Source: a virus. From it: a DNA stretch of 64,000 nt. Of this stretch, positions 9,836 through 20,176 are shown one piece after another; position 1 is the first letter of the stretch, and the number at the start of each line of letters is the position of its first letter. A program made the translations under genes and the position numbers. The notes beneath the pieces are model-generated. The model was not told where the DNA came from. It did no database searches and worked only from the letters and a program-made list of their open reading frames with translations. The stretch spans positions 64,001 to 128,000 of the IMG/VR virus record IMGVR_UViG_3300032213_002832; one strand, given 5' to 3'.

Positions 9836-11911
9836 ATGAAAACAATATTAGCAGACTTAGTAGCAAACGTAGGCAATACCTATGATCAAACCCGTACCAC
9901 AATCCAAGGTAGGGTATCGTCGAAGGTTATCAATACACAGACCGTACTTGGTCCTCCTTTAACAAAGTTTATTGACGTTTTTTCCGATACTGGACAAACG
10001 CCAACAGGTACAATCCGTGTTACTGATGCCAATAGACTTTTTGTGTGTGGAGCACCGACAGCGGGTAATATACCAATATTACTATACGATTTTAATTTAA
10101 CGACTGGCGCTTACGCTTATGTCGGCCGTATTAACGTAGCTATGCCAAACACAGCATCTACTACGCATACCATAAGAGCCTTAAGGGTTGCAGTCGACTC
10201 TACAAACACTGGCTGGAAGATTTTTTTAGTCACAACTGGATCAGTAACTATAAACGGTGGTACTTTTTTAATTAATAGTATCGACAAAACCGATTTCACT
10301 CCAGGTGGTACGTCCATCCCATTCGCAACAGCAAATAACCAAAAAGCTGTATATTTCTTGCAAGATCCAGCAAATATTGGAGCTGGACAACTTAACATTG
10401 CATCGGTTGGTGCTGCTTACGTTTCTTCAACAAATAAACTATATGTTCATAACGGTGTTGCAGCAACACATCAATACTATGTATATGACACGACTACCAG
10501 TCCAACTTACACAACCAATACCGTCAACGTATCTGTAGCATCTCCCGGTGTTGTCTCGGATGCCGGACACAGTTTTGTCCTTAATACGCCCGTTGTTTTT
10601 ACTAGTGGTCCTTTGCCGACTGGACTTGTCGTGGGTACGGTTTACTTCGTCAACAACCCTGTTGCTGGTGTAAGTTATGAATTAAAAGCAACTACAGGTG
10701 GTTCATCAATTAACACAACCGGCTCCCCCGCGACTGGAGTTGCGATAGGTAGAGCTTTTGGAACTACTGGTTCAAATTTTGTGCATAAAACTGGTAACTT
10801 ACCCGCATTATCAGGAACCCTGCTTGCTAACGACTCTGAAGAGTATGCCGTTCCGGTTGCTTCGCCAATCAACGGTGGTGTGCTTAACGGTAATGATTGT
10901 GTATTTTTAGCTACTACAACCAACTTATATTTGGGGTTAATTTCTCAACTAACGTCCGGCGCAGTTACTTGGACCTCTTTGTCAAACTCGAACACATTGG
11001 GTACAGTTAATCAAATCACGGCACCTACACCAACATTCGCAACTTGGTCAAACATATTAGATCAAGCTGTTTATATCACAAACACCTCAAAATTTGTATC
11101 GAAAAAATTAGAAAACAACGTCATCAGATCTATTACCGGCGAACTAAATAATCAATACTATGAAGGATTTTCTCCAGCAACTATTGAATTAGGCTTAGTT
11201 ACTGTCGTCGCTCTCACCAGAAGAGATGGTTGGATTTTTGCAGCGGGTGGTACGACAGGGCAAAGAGGAGTAATTGCTGCCGACTTTAAATCTGATTATT
11301 CAAATGATTTTTCCTATATCGTTACAAAAGTCTTAGATAATCAAAACGCCAAATTAAGATTTTATACTACTTATGAACAACTTTGGGATTCGACTGGTAA
11401 CATCAAGCTTCAGTATAGAACCTCTGGCTTTGGATCTATCAGCGGTGGCTGGATAGATGTTCCAGAATACGAAGACTTGGCTGGTTTGGTGATAGGAAGT
11501 AATCAAATACAGTTTAAGATTTCATTCAGCCTGCAATCAGAAGGAGCATCAGCTCCCGCTCAAGTTAATGAGTTAATAGCCGGTATTGATCCAAATGATG
11601 GGGTTAGTGATAATTGGGAATTTAGCGATGATTTCTCTGACAATGGTGTGCCATCAAGATCCGCATTCAGGTTAAAATTAGCATACGCTTCTGTCGTACC
11701 TACTCTTTATTATAGAGCATATGACTTATCAGATGCTCTATTGATTAATAACAACTCGGTCACTAATGCCGCCAACTTTGAATACTCAACCAATAATGGT
11801 ACATCATGGTTGCCTTTGGGAACTATCCCCAATACTGTAGGTACTTTAGTTAGGTATTCATTTACTACACCCCCAGGAGTTGATGTGCGCCCAGGACTTA
11901 AGGAGTCATAA
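9836..11911 (+). CDS. Large Thr/Gly/Asn-rich beta protein, probable tail fibre/appendage
   Basis: Start revised to ATG 9836 (GAGGG RBS). Contains an ASPGVV..GH...LPTGL..GTVYFV...YELKATTGG domain common in phage fibres. Confidence 0.55.
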   Translation: MKTILADLVANVGNTYDQTRTTIQGRVSSKVINTQTVLGPPLTKFIDVFSDTGQTPTGTIRVTDANRLFVCGAPTAGNIPILLYDFNLTTGAYAYVGRINVAMPNTASTTHTIRALRVAVDSTNTGWKIFLVTTGSVTINGGTFLINSIDKTDFTPGGTSIPFATANNQKAVYFLQDPANIGAGQLNIASVGAAYVSSTNKLYVHNGVAATHQYYVYDTTTSPTYTTNTVNVSVASPGVVSDAGHSFVLNTPVVFTSGPLPTGLVVGTVYFVNNPVAGVSYELKATTGGSSINTTGSPATGVAIGRAFGTTGSNFVHKTGNLPALSGTLLANDSEEYAVPVASPINGGVLNGNDCVFLATTTNLYLGLISQLTSGAVTWTSLSNSNTLGTVNQITAPTPTFATWSNILDQAVYITNTSKFVSKKLENNVIRSITGELNNQYYEGFSPATIELGLVTVVALTRRDGWIFAAGGTTGQRGVIAADFKSDYSNDFSYIVTKVLDNQNAKLRFYTTYEQLWDSTGNIKLQYRTSGFGSISGGWIDVPEYEDLAGLVIGSNQIQFKISFSLQSEGASAPAQVNELIAGIDPNDGVSDNWEFSDDFSDNGVPSRSAFRLKLAYASVVPTLYYRAYDLSDALLINNNSVTNAANFEYSTNNGTSWLPLGTIPNTVGTLVRYSFTTPPGVDVRPGLKES

Positions 11912-11913
11912 TA

Positions 11914-13263
11914 ATGGCTAATTTCTTAGTTAGAAATAATTTTTATCAAGGCACGAGTCAAGCATGTATCGTGGATTTAACACCGCCTACATTCGCGGGC
12001 ATTAACTTCCTTGATGTTGAGTCTAGAGGTCAAATAAGGTCTGGGTGGTCGGCAGCAACCGACGCATCAGCTCCTATTCGGTACGAGGTCTATATCAAGG
12101 CTTCGACCGCAACTGGCCTTTTTAACTTCGCTAATATCATTGCAGTAACACCAAACCTCCAGTACGATATCTTTACTCTACCAGATGGATCTTTCTTACA
12201 AAACGGAGTAACTTACTTTGTTGGAGTAAGGGCGATAGATGGTGTTAATAATAGAGATAGTAATACTATATCTCAAAGTGTTATTTCAACTGGTGTCTTA
12301 ACCACAATTGATACATATAACGTAAGTTGCAGTTTCTCTAATGACAATAACGATGATTTCAATTTGACGGCGTGGGCGGACAAGAATGGATCTCTAGCCG
12401 TTGCTCCTTCTGCGACTGTCGGTGTAGCGAATTATCAAGTGTATGATGAAAACGGCGCTGCTGTAGCTGGTATGTCAGGTTCTGGCATATCGGCTAATGT
12501 CAATGGATTATTCATATTTCCTCCCGTAGCAGACCTGACGAACCGACTCACTGAACATTATCAAGTTAGGGTGGGAATCATTGTAGACTCAGAAGAAAGA
12601 GTTAATTATACGCCAATAGACAGTTTCCAGAGAAATTATGAGATTGCTGGTATTGCTGATGCTGACGCTACTGGACAGATTGTTGGATCTTTCTGGATCA
12701 ACAGAAATGGTTCGATCGTTACTACTGGACTTGGTGATGGATCGTATCAATTATTTACATCTGACGGGATTGCGCTACCACTCACGGAATCTGGAATATC
12801 GGCCGATTCAAATGGATTTTTCGTAATAACTCCGGTATTCTCCCCCTTCCCGCTAGATCCAACCAGGCCATTTATTGTAAGAGCTGTTGTTGACATTGAC
12901 GGTCATATGCATGAACAAAACCTCATTCTGGGCAATGAGCAAGAAGTCTTTGATATTAAAGCTGTATTCTCGATTAATGCGTCTAACCAGCTTCGTGCTA
13001 CCTTTTGGTGTGCTAAAAATCATGAACAGATCAGCGGTGTTGTACTTGGAACAGCTAGTTATCAAGTATATGATGCCTCTGGAGCGGCTGTTTCTGGATT
13101 GACACAGTCTGGTTTAACCGCCGATGGAAATGGCTATTATCAAATCACTCCGGTTTTGGCTACATTAATAACCGATTTAACTCATTACACCGTTAAAATC
13201 ACTATGACGGTAGCTGGTTATCCAAGGATTGCAAGTAAAGCCTTCACTCTTTTAGGTACATAA
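11914..13263 (+). CDS. FN3-like domain plus three ~105-aa Ig-like repeats, virion protein
   Basis: DLTPPTF..WSAATD..TYFVGVRAID FN3 signature; three YQ(V/L)xxxxG..SG(I/L)(S/T)AxxNG(F/Y/L)xxxxPV repeats. Confidence 0.6.
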   Translation: MANFLVRNNFYQGTSQACIVDLTPPTFAGINFLDVESRGQIRSGWSAATDASAPIRYEVYIKASTATGLFNFANIIAVTPNLQYDIFTLPDGSFLQNGVTYFVGVRAIDGVNNRDSNTISQSVISTGVLTTIDTYNVSCSFSNDNNDDFNLTAWADKNGSLAVAPSATVGVANYQVYDENGAAVAGMSGSGISANVNGLFIFPPVADLTNRLTEHYQVRVGIIVDSEERVNYTPIDSFQRNYEIAGIADADATGQIVGSFWINRNGSIVTTGLGDGSYQLFTSDGIALPLTESGISADSNGFFVITPVFSPFPLDPTRPFIVRAVVDIDGHMHEQNLILGNEQEVFDIKAVFSINASNQLRATFWCAKNHEQISGVVLGTASYQVYDASGAAVSGLTQSGLTADGNGYYQITPVLATLITDLTHYTVKITMTVAGYPRIASKAFTLLGT

Positions 13264-13808
13264 TGGCTATTTCACGGAAATTATTAGCTCACGAAGATAA
13301 TGAGACTGTGCAATGGTTAAAAGTTGACCATGCCAGTCGTTACATTCAGATGCATAGTTCCGATTGGCAATTCCTATTCAATCCAGAGAGTACCCTTTCG
13401 GCCAGTGAACAGATTATCAAGATCGCTGCCAAATTTGATGATAATACTTTCAATAATATCCGAATGAGTGCGTACCTTTATGATCAGCAAAATGCGACAA
13501 TTGGCAATGCAGCGACATGTGTATTTAAAGTATACAAGGTATCTGGAGCTGATTGGGTAGAAACCTTACTTGCGACAGTTAATGGAACTCAACTCTCAAA
13601 TAATTATTTTTATGTCGCGCCAGACCTCAATACTTTGGGTAACTTAGACTATCAGGGCGGCGATACTATCATGATAGAAGCTACCATAATTAGGCTTACG
13701 ACTACTTATAGAGATAGAATCTATGTCAATCACTTGGGTATCTACGACAACATAACACGACTTCGCGGGGACGTGGAATTCCTAGAAGTTACAAAGATGG
13801 ATGAATAA
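13263..13808 (+). CDS. Hypothetical virion protein
   Basis: Coupled ORF in the appendage cassette. Confidence 0.6.
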   Translation: MAISRKLLAHEDNETVQWLKVDHASRYIQMHSSDWQFLFNPESTLSASEQIIKIAAKFDDNTFNNIRMSAYLYDQQNATIGNAATCVFKVYKVSGADWVETLLATVNGTQLSNNYFYVAPDLNTLGNLDYQGGDTIMIEATIIRLTTTYRDRIYVNHLGIYDNITRLRGDVEFLEVTKMDE

Positions 13809-14292
13809 CATGGTTAGAAAATATGCAATTCTAAAAAATCAAGTAATTACAGAAATCCTCTCTCTAGAGGAAGAGCAGGTTGCTGACGCAGCTCGTAATG
13901 CCGAAACTATCATCGATATCGAAGATATGTTACCACTTCCAGCAATTGGATATATTCTTAATGGAAATACCTTGCAAATTCCGCAAGGGTTAAGTTCTCG
14001 TGAAGAATTTGAAATTGAACTTAACAATCGAAAGTCAATTTTTGGTTCTGAACTGGCCAGAGAATCTGTCAATAGGATTGGAGCGAGAAACAAGATACTT
14101 AATAAGACTGGAGCGCAAGTTACAGCTCTTTTGACTACGCTGCTCGGAGTTAAATCTTTGATGGAGACCGGAGCATTAGGCACTGCCAGAAACGCCTGTA
14201 ATCAACTTAAGTATGTGTACACGGAATATACTGATATATTTGATTTAATCATACAAAAAATTAATGCTTTTGAGGCTACCAATGGCCTCTAA
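13801..14292 (+). CDS. Possible tail-fibre assembly/chaperone-like protein
   Basis: YAILKNQVITEI..PAIGYILNG N-terminus resembles phage fibre-associated chaperones; position after the fibre genes. Confidence 0.45.
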   Translation: MNNMVRKYAILKNQVITEILSLEEEQVADAARNAETIIDIEDMLPLPAIGYILNGNTLQIPQGLSSREEFEIELNNRKSIFGSELARESVNRIGARNKILNKTGAQVTALLTTLLGVKSLMETGALGTARNACNQLKYVYTEYTDIFDLIIQKINAFEATNGL

Positions 14293-14773
14293 AACTATCA
14301 TAGTGGGTTTCTCCCACGGCAAAACTATCTTCAGTAAACTTATATCCTTCCTTACACGCCAGGAGATAAGTCATTGCTACACTAGAATTCCTTTTGAAGG
14401 TGATGAAAAATTATCTACTGTTTTTCATGCGGCAGGCTTTAATGTTCACTATATGAATTACAACTATTTCAAAACTTTTCAGAAAAAGATCATTTCAGAG
14501 TACAAAATAGAACTAACTGATGAACAGTGGCTAGAAGCACAAAAGTTCAGGTTCGAAAATGCTGGCAAACCATATGGTTGGAAGCAAATTTTGGGATACC
14601 TATGGATTTTAATTAATAAAAAACTCAATAATCCCTGGGCTGATGGTGATAAAAGCCACGTTTGTGTAGAAGTGGTAGCTAAGTCTTTGGGTTTACCTGA
14701 CGCAGAAAAATTACTTCCACATGAATTAGAGGTAATAATGAAGTCAATGCCTTCAAGTACATTATTGATCTAG
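14282..14773 (+). CDS. Permuted papain-like (NlpC/P60, YiiX-type) peptidase
   Basis: SHC near the N-terminus, GKPYG, and C-terminal HVCVEVVA catalytic Cys. Confidence 0.7.
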   Translation: MASKTIIVGFSHGKTIFSKLISFLTRQEISHCYTRIPFEGDEKLSTVFHAAGFNVHYMNYNYFKTFQKKIISEYKIELTDEQWLEAQKFRFENAGKPYGWKQILGYLWILINKKLNNPWADGDKSHVCVEVVAKSLGLPDAEKLLPHELEVIMKSMPSSTLLI

Positions 14774-15507
14774 TGTGGTTTTTGTTCCATAGCGTGAATC
14801 CTATCTTTTAAGTCATTCTCTCTTTGCTTTTGTACTGCTTTAACATCTTTTATTCGAAGTTCAAATTCATCCTTTATTTCTTTTCTCTCACTTCTTACCT
14901 TAGCATACGCGTGGTCTAATGCCTTTCTAGTTTCAGCATTCATCTCGAGTTGTTTTTGTTTATGTTTTTCCATTAGTTCTATAAAATCTTTAGATAATAA
15001 TGATATCTTCTCTTCTCTTGCCTGTTGAATTGTATCCCACGCAGTCTTTACTTGTTTATCATGGGCCTCACATGAGACAATCTCTGCCTTTTCGGCTTCT
15101 TCTTTATTTTTAAAGCCTTCATAAGAAAAATCATCACACCTTCTTTTAACCTCTTGGTCAATTAGACTACGCATAGCCTCAAAATCTTCTTCATTCCATG
15201 TAGATATTATCGAGTCTACTTCGTGTATTTCTACTGGCCATGCCGATTTATGCTTCTCTTGTATCACACTCTCTACTGTCTCATATTCCGCCATATTAGC
15301 TTCATAACTATCCGTCAATTCAGTAGTCAACTCTTCATCTATAGATTCAATTTCTTTTTTATTTTGCTCAACTTCATATACTAAGTCTACTTTGAGTTTC
15401 TCGATAGATATACTACCTTTAGAAGTTGTTAATTTGACGGTTGATTTCTGAACTGGATCAGAGCCACAACCCACTAATAAGACTAAGCCCAATAAGCACC
15501 CTCTCAT
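14770..15507 (-). CDS. Coiled-coil lipoprotein
   Basis: Lipobox LLVGC after a hydrophobic stretch; helical and charged remainder. Confidence 0.65.
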   Translation of the reverse strand: MRGCLLGLVLLVGCGSDPVQKSTVKLTTSKGSISIEKLKVDLVYEVEQNKKEIESIDEELTTELTDSYEANMAEYETVESVIQEKHKSAWPVEIHEVDSIISTWNEEDFEAMRSLIDQEVKRRCDDFSYEGFKNKEEAEKAEIVSCEAHDKQVKTAWDTIQQAREEKISLLSKDFIELMEKHKQKQLEMNAETRKALDHAYAKVRSERKEIKDEFELRIKDVKAVQKQRENDLKDRIHAMEQKPH

Positions 15508-15695
15508 AAGTCCTCCTTATCTTTAGGATCATTAGCATAGTCTAAAAGTTTAGTGAGCTCTTCTACGGCCCCAGATACTTGGTGTAGTCGCACCTCTAAT
15601 TCTTGAACTAGGTTTAGCATATTTTCACGCTGTTCAACCAATGACAAAGCCTCTTTATTCAAACCTTTTATCCTATCTTCAATCACACTTCTCAT
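15504..15695 (-). CDS. Small coiled-coil protein
   Basis: GAGG RBS, heptad pattern, coupled to the next gene. Confidence 0.6.
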   Translation of the reverse strand: MRSVIEDRIKGLNKEALSLVEQRENMLNLVQELEVRLHQVSGAVEELTKLLDYANDPKDKEDL

Positions 15696-15767
15696 CTATA
15701 ACCTCTATTTTAGAGCTAATATTATGATATTATAGTATTAGTGTTATTTTACCCTCGAGGATTTTTT

Positions 15768-16184
15768 ATGAGCGATATACAACAATTTATTCTCAATAAA
15801 CTTGAGAAGTTAGATGAAAAACTCGATGAAGTTAGAGAACAAAATATCAAAATTAAAGCTGATTTTGATTCGCACGCAACAATAGATCAAGAAATACATG
15901 AAGAAGTGGTTAAATTAACTAGCAGTATAGATAACCACTCAAAATCATTAGATGAATACAATCGACAATTAGAAATACATATTAGGGGAGTCAACACGTT
16001 AGATAAAAAAGTTGACATCTTAGAGCAAAAAGTACTACCTATACTGATAGAGAAAACAGATACAGAAGTAGTTAAAAAGTGGTGGAGTGTCCGTTTTGCT
16101 ACTATTTTAAAAATAGCCGGCTGGTTATCCGGTATCGCTGGCCTAGTTGTAGTGATATTAGAGCTGATTTCTAAATTAAGTTAA
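15768..16184 (+). CDS. Coiled-coil protein with C-terminal TM helix (possibly lysis-related)
   Basis: Start revised to ATG 15768 (GAGG); C-terminal hydrophobic helix. Confidence 0.55.
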   Translation: MSDIQQFILNKLEKLDEKLDEVREQNIKIKADFDSHATIDQEIHEEVVKLTSSIDNHSKSLDEYNRQLEIHIRGVNTLDKKVDILEQKVLPILIEKTDTEVVKKWWSVRFATILKIAGWLSGIAGLVVVILELISKLS

Positions 16185-16255
16185 CATTAAGGTATAATTG
16201 ACATATCCGCCACAAGTAAATTTGCTTGTGTACTAACTAATATAAAGGAAAAGTT

Positions 16256-16882
16256 ATGGCCGGCCAAAGCAAAGCATCAATGAGAAAGAAGTTGCGCTCA
16301 GCATTAGCACACAAAAAAGCAGCAGACAAATTATTGGATTCTATTGTAACTTCACAAACAAAGTGGAATAGTGCAATGGCCAAACTACAAGCAGATAATC
16401 CTGCTTCATTAGATACCAACTACACAGCAACTCAAGCAATCACACCTAAATATGAAGCTGATGGCGAAGGTTCAGATGCTCAGCACAAGGTAAGTTTGCG
16501 CAATACAATGAGATCAGCACTTGCTCACAGAAAATTAGCTGATGAACTATGTGATGCGTTAGAAGAAATACAAACTGCGCATAACGCACTAATGGCAAAA
16601 CTAGATGCGGAAGCTGGAACACTTAATGATACAAACTATGTAGCATTAATTGCTGTAACACCAATCGATAGAGATGGTGAAGGTTCAGAAGCTCAGCACA
16701 AAGTAAGTTTAAGAAAATCATTAGTTTCTGCGTTAGCAAATAAATCACTCGCAGATAGTATTCTTGATTCAATTTGGTCTTTACAAACAGCATTAAACTC
16801 AGAGTTGGCTTTATTAAATACTAGTGTTGTTGCGGGATCTAGTGCGCGAGTCGTATCAGTAATTCAACCAGACGCTGAATAA
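16256..16882 (+). CDS. Helical protein with three internal ~70-aa repeats
   Basis: Q(S/H)K(A/V)S(M/L)RxxxxSALAxxxxADxxxD repeated three times. Confidence 0.7.
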   Translation: MAGQSKASMRKKLRSALAHKKAADKLLDSIVTSQTKWNSAMAKLQADNPASLDTNYTATQAITPKYEADGEGSDAQHKVSLRNTMRSALAHRKLADELCDALEEIQTAHNALMAKLDAEAGTLNDTNYVALIAVTPIDRDGEGSEAQHKVSLRKSLVSALANKSLADSILDSIWSLQTALNSELALLNTSVVAGSSARVVSVIQPDAE

Positions 16883-16893
16883 GGAATAATAGT

Positions 16894-17130
16894 ATGCGTA
16901 GAGCAAATATCGATCGTTTATCAGAATTAACAAAAGAGTTATTAGCCTCAAAACCTGCTTCTAAAGCAAAGGCTAAAGTAGAAGCTAAAGTAGAAGCTAA
17001 AGTAGAAGAAGTAGTAGAAGAACCTGCCAAAGATTTAGATGTTAATGAAGATGGCAAAGTTGACGAAGCAGATGTAGAGATGGTTCAAAAAGAAGTTCGT
17101 AAGAAAAAAGTAGTTAAGAACGAAGAATAA
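16894..17130 (+). CDS. Small charged protein with EF-hand/dockerin-like loop
   Basis: DLDVNEDGKVDEAD motif; AAGGA RBS. Confidence 0.6.
   Translation: MRRANIDRLSELTKELLASKPASKAKAKVEAKVEAKVEEVVEEPAKDLDVNEDGKVDEADVEMVQKEVRKKKVVKNEE
16972..17007 (+). repeat. 12-bp tandem repeat x3 (AKVE)
   Basis: gctaaagtagaa x3. Confidence 0.9.
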
Positions 17131-17139
17131 GAGGCAGTT

Positions 17140-17592
17140 ATGAAATTCAGAGATAGAGAACATTTTCTAGAAGAGCTTAATAAATCTTTTACAAGAGAAG
17201 TTGAGAACTTAGAAGAATTGAAGAAGTCAATTAAAAAGCCATTATTTCGACATGGTTCTACTATTCATATCACTAAAGCTGTTGCTGGAAAAGGCTATGG
17301 GGTTGAAGAGCATACAGCAGAGGGTGAGAAAGTTTCACATGAAAATGTACCTTTTCAAACACTAGATTCCAAAATGAATTCCCTCCCTAAACATCTTAAG
17401 CAAAAAGAAGGTCCAAAAGAACTTCTCAGAATGAAAGATTCTAAACACGAAGGCGCACTACTATATCATTCAGCAACAGTTTCACATAATTTAATGCCTA
17501 AGAATAAAAAAACTGGTGAAATTAGTAAGTGGGAAAAATTAGAACCACACGGTAAACCACATGGTACAGGTTCGGGTAAAAAAGAAGAATAA
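17140..17592 (+). CDS. Hypothetical, probable internal head protein
   Basis: ELNK|S and ELKK|S motifs; His-rich. Confidence 0.6.
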   Translation: MKFRDREHFLEELNKSFTREVENLEELKKSIKKPLFRHGSTIHITKAVAGKGYGVEEHTAEGEKVSHENVPFQTLDSKMNSLPKHLKQKEGPKELLRMKDSKHEGALLYHSATVSHNLMPKNKKTGEISKWEKLEPHGKPHGTGSGKKEE

Positions 17593-17598
17593 TAAAAG

Positions 17599-17620
17599 AG
17601 AGGTCGCGAAAGCGGCCTCT
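17599..17620. terminator. Terminator hairpin between convergent genes
   Basis: AGAGGTCGC-GAAA-GCGGCCTCT at the strand switch. Confidence 0.75.
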
Positions 17621-18429
17621 TAAAATTTAAACAGCCTGCGAGTAATTAATACAGATATAAACATTAGTATCACTCTAAAAGCAGCACGTCCCCATGCTTG
17701 ATACTCTACAACCTTAGAGACACTCTCTGTCTTGCCTTCACCTTGCTTCTCTTTTAAAGCGATAAGCTTATCTACCAAAGCCTTCTTTTCAAGTTCATGC
17801 CGGTTGACGCTAGTGCCCCAATTCTTACCTTTATAAAATTCTATAGTCTTTTGAATATCTTCTATTTGTTTTTCTACTAATACTACTTGCTGTGAAATAT
17901 TATTACTAACAGCAGTTGTTGAAACACTCTTGAATGCTAAATCAGATGTGATAACAAATAGCATCACACAGAATATAGAAACTCTCAATATACCAACAAG
18001 AGCTGATTCCACAAAGCCTGTCGCTCTATACCCACTCAAGAATATGAAACATACTTCAGTCAATATAGCCTTAATCCAACCCTTAGCTACTATCGTACTC
18101 TCAACGGCATAGAATGACACTGCTTCACTTACAAGAAACATAGTGATGGTACTTAATAATAATATATATAGGATTGAACGTGTATCAATTTTGCTTATCT
18201 TCTTAGAAAACCATCTCTTCCAGCGCTTCTTCTTCCAATTCTCTAACTCTCCTGGCGATAACGTAGTATACACATCAGTTGGATCATCTTTGAAGATTTT
18301 ACGAATAAGTTCATTAAGCTCATCTATAAAAGATAGCTGCTGCTTATCCGTATCTTCGATTTCTGTTTTAAAACGAGAACGAATATTGTTTACAGCATCT
18401 ATTAACTCTTTTTCATCTTTATCACTCAT
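17620..18429 (-). CDS. Multi-pass membrane protein with coiled coil
   Basis: About four hydrophobic segments. Confidence 0.7.
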   Translation of the reverse strand: MSDKDEKELIDAVNNIRSRFKTEIEDTDKQQLSFIDELNELIRKIFKDDPTDVYTTLSPGELENWKKKRWKRWFSKKISKIDTRSILYILLLSTITMFLVSEAVSFYAVESTIVAKGWIKAILTEVCFIFLSGYRATGFVESALVGILRVSIFCVMLFVITSDLAFKSVSTTAVSNNISQQVVLVEKQIEDIQKTIEFYKGKNWGTSVNRHELEKKALVDKLIALKEKQGEGKTESVSKVVEYQAWGRAAFRVILMFISVLITRRLFKF

Positions 18430-19285
18430 ACGATTTAATAGCCTTGCGAAGTTTATCTTTAGTGCTATCTTTAAACTCTAATTTATTAAATATATCATCT
18501 ATATCTTTTGTATACTGAGGTCGCATTCTTAAATCTTCTAAAGAAATATCTACATCTAATTTAACTAGATCTGTCAGTTGTTTGCTTAACCTTATCTTAT
18601 CCATACTCTTTATAAGCTTATCTCTATACTTAGCTGGTGTACTGTGTAGCCTATACTCAATCTCTTCCACACCACCATATTGAGATAGTAGGTCTTGCGC
18701 AGCTTTTGGCCCAATACCTTCTCCACCAGGTATGTTGTCTGCCTTGTCTCCACATAGTGCCAAGTAATCACTGATCTGACTTGGCTTAACACCAAACTTC
18801 TCAAATGCCGTTGCTTCATCATATGTTAGGTTCTTCATAGAATCAAATATAGAGACATTCTCATCAATAAGCTGTAACATATCCTTGTCGCCAGTTAAAA
18901 TAACAATATCTAGCTCATGTTTAAACTTATGTGTAATAGTAGCAATCAGATCATCTGCCTCATACCCAGACGCAGTGATTCCATATATGCCTAGCATACC
19001 TATTATCTTTCTTATAATCAATTCTTGCGCAGATACGGCGTTTACTTTCACTCTATTAGCTTTGTATTCTGGATAGATATCTCTACGTACACTTTTGCCA
19101 TCTTGCGCATCATATGTTATCGCTACGTACTTAGGTTTCTTTTCAGAAATGAATTTACATAATAAGCTTATTGTGCCATATATAGCACCAGAAGGCATCC
19201 CATGGCTCGTATATAGATCACTATGTGCGTGAAACGAACGATGGATAAAACTGCTTATGTCGATTATATATAGTTTATCTTTCAT
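18422..19285 (-). CDS. 5'-3' exonuclease / flap endonuclease (PolA N-terminal-like)
   Basis: YKANR, EADDLIAT, TGDKDMLQL, GDKADNIPG..GIGPK H3TH motif. Confidence 0.92.
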   Translation of the reverse strand: MKDKLYIIDISSFIHRSFHAHSDLYTSHGMPSGAIYGTISLLCKFISEKKPKYVAITYDAQDGKSVRRDIYPEYKANRVKVNAVSAQELIIRKIIGMLGIYGITASGYEADDLIATITHKFKHELDIVILTGDKDMLQLIDENVSIFDSMKNLTYDEATAFEKFGVKPSQISDYLALCGDKADNIPGGEGIGPKAAQDLLSQYGGVEEIEYRLHSTPAKYRDKLIKSMDKIRLSKQLTDLVKLDVDISLEDLRMRPQYTKDIDDIFNKLEFKDSTKDKLRKAIKSYE

Positions 19286-19643
19286 GTTGCGGTGATTTCA
19301 ATATGATTTCGTAAACTGGTTTACCTAACTTCATCATCTCTTTCTTCATGCTTAGACTACCTTTAGATGTTCCACTCCATATAAGGAGCAAAGCATCTCC
19401 ATATTCAGCCATTCTTTTATTTCGTATAGGTCCAGCAGCATTGCCATCATTCTTCCAATTGGCTTGGAATACTTTAGGTTCTTTCTCTAAGAATAAAGAG
19501 GACCACTCTTCGCCAGCTTCATCCACAAAGCCACCACTACCACTCACAACCTCTTTAACTTTTAAGCGAAAGTGCTTAACACATTGGTCCACAAAGTCAG
19601 AGTCAACTAGCAACTCTCTACTTCCAGCAATAACTAATCTCAT
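19275..19643 (-). CDS. YspA/SLOG-family (DUF2493-like) protein
   Basis: IAGSR, VVSG, AAGPIRNKRMAEYGD, SKGS motifs. Confidence 0.8.
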   Translation of the reverse strand: MRLVIAGSRELLVDSDFVDQCVKHFRLKVKEVVSGSGGFVDEAGEEWSSLFLEKEPKVFQANWKNDGNAAGPIRNKRMAEYGDALLLIWSGTSKGSLSMKKEMMKLGKPVYEIILKSPQHER

Positions 19644-20107
19644 ACAAATGCCTCATACTTTAATCTGATATACCCTTCTGGAGTTTGTGATTCAATAACT
19701 CTAATATCTTTCATATTCATTATAGTATCGAAGTCTCTATACTTAGTTTCACACACTACTTCAGTTATACCACTTTGATATAAGAGTCGCATACAAGAAA
19801 CACAGGGGCTCATCGTACATACAATCATACAGTCTTTGGTAGAGATGCCGCTATACGCGCAATTCGCAATTAGGTTTACTTCGCTATGTACAATCACGGC
19901 ATACTTCTCTGGCCTAGTATTAGGCAAACTATCATCAGGAGCATTCCTAACAAAGCCATTACACCCTGTAGCTATGATAGCTCCACTGTTGTTATTAATG
20001 AGTACTGAACCCACTTTTGTTTCAGCATCATGACTTCGTAAAGATACATTTTTAGCAATTGCCATTGCTGTTTCAATCTTACTAGGTCTCATCCACACAC
20101 CCCTCAC
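19640..20107 (-). CDS. dCMP deaminase
   Basis: HSEVN and SPCVSC zinc motifs; KVGSV and GCNG. Confidence 0.88.
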   Translation of the reverse strand: MRGVWMRPSKIETAMAIAKNVSLRSHDAETKVGSVLINNNSGAIIATGCNGFVRNAPDDSLPNTRPEKYAVIVHSEVNLIANCAYSGISTKDCMIVCTMSPCVSCMRLLYQSGITEVVCETKYRDFDTIMNMKDIRVIESQTPEGYIRLKYEAFV

Positions 20108-20176
20108 ATGATATCTTTTAAGATTATACGGTTTAAATATAAAATCCTATGTTATAATAATTAGATAGGAGGATTT

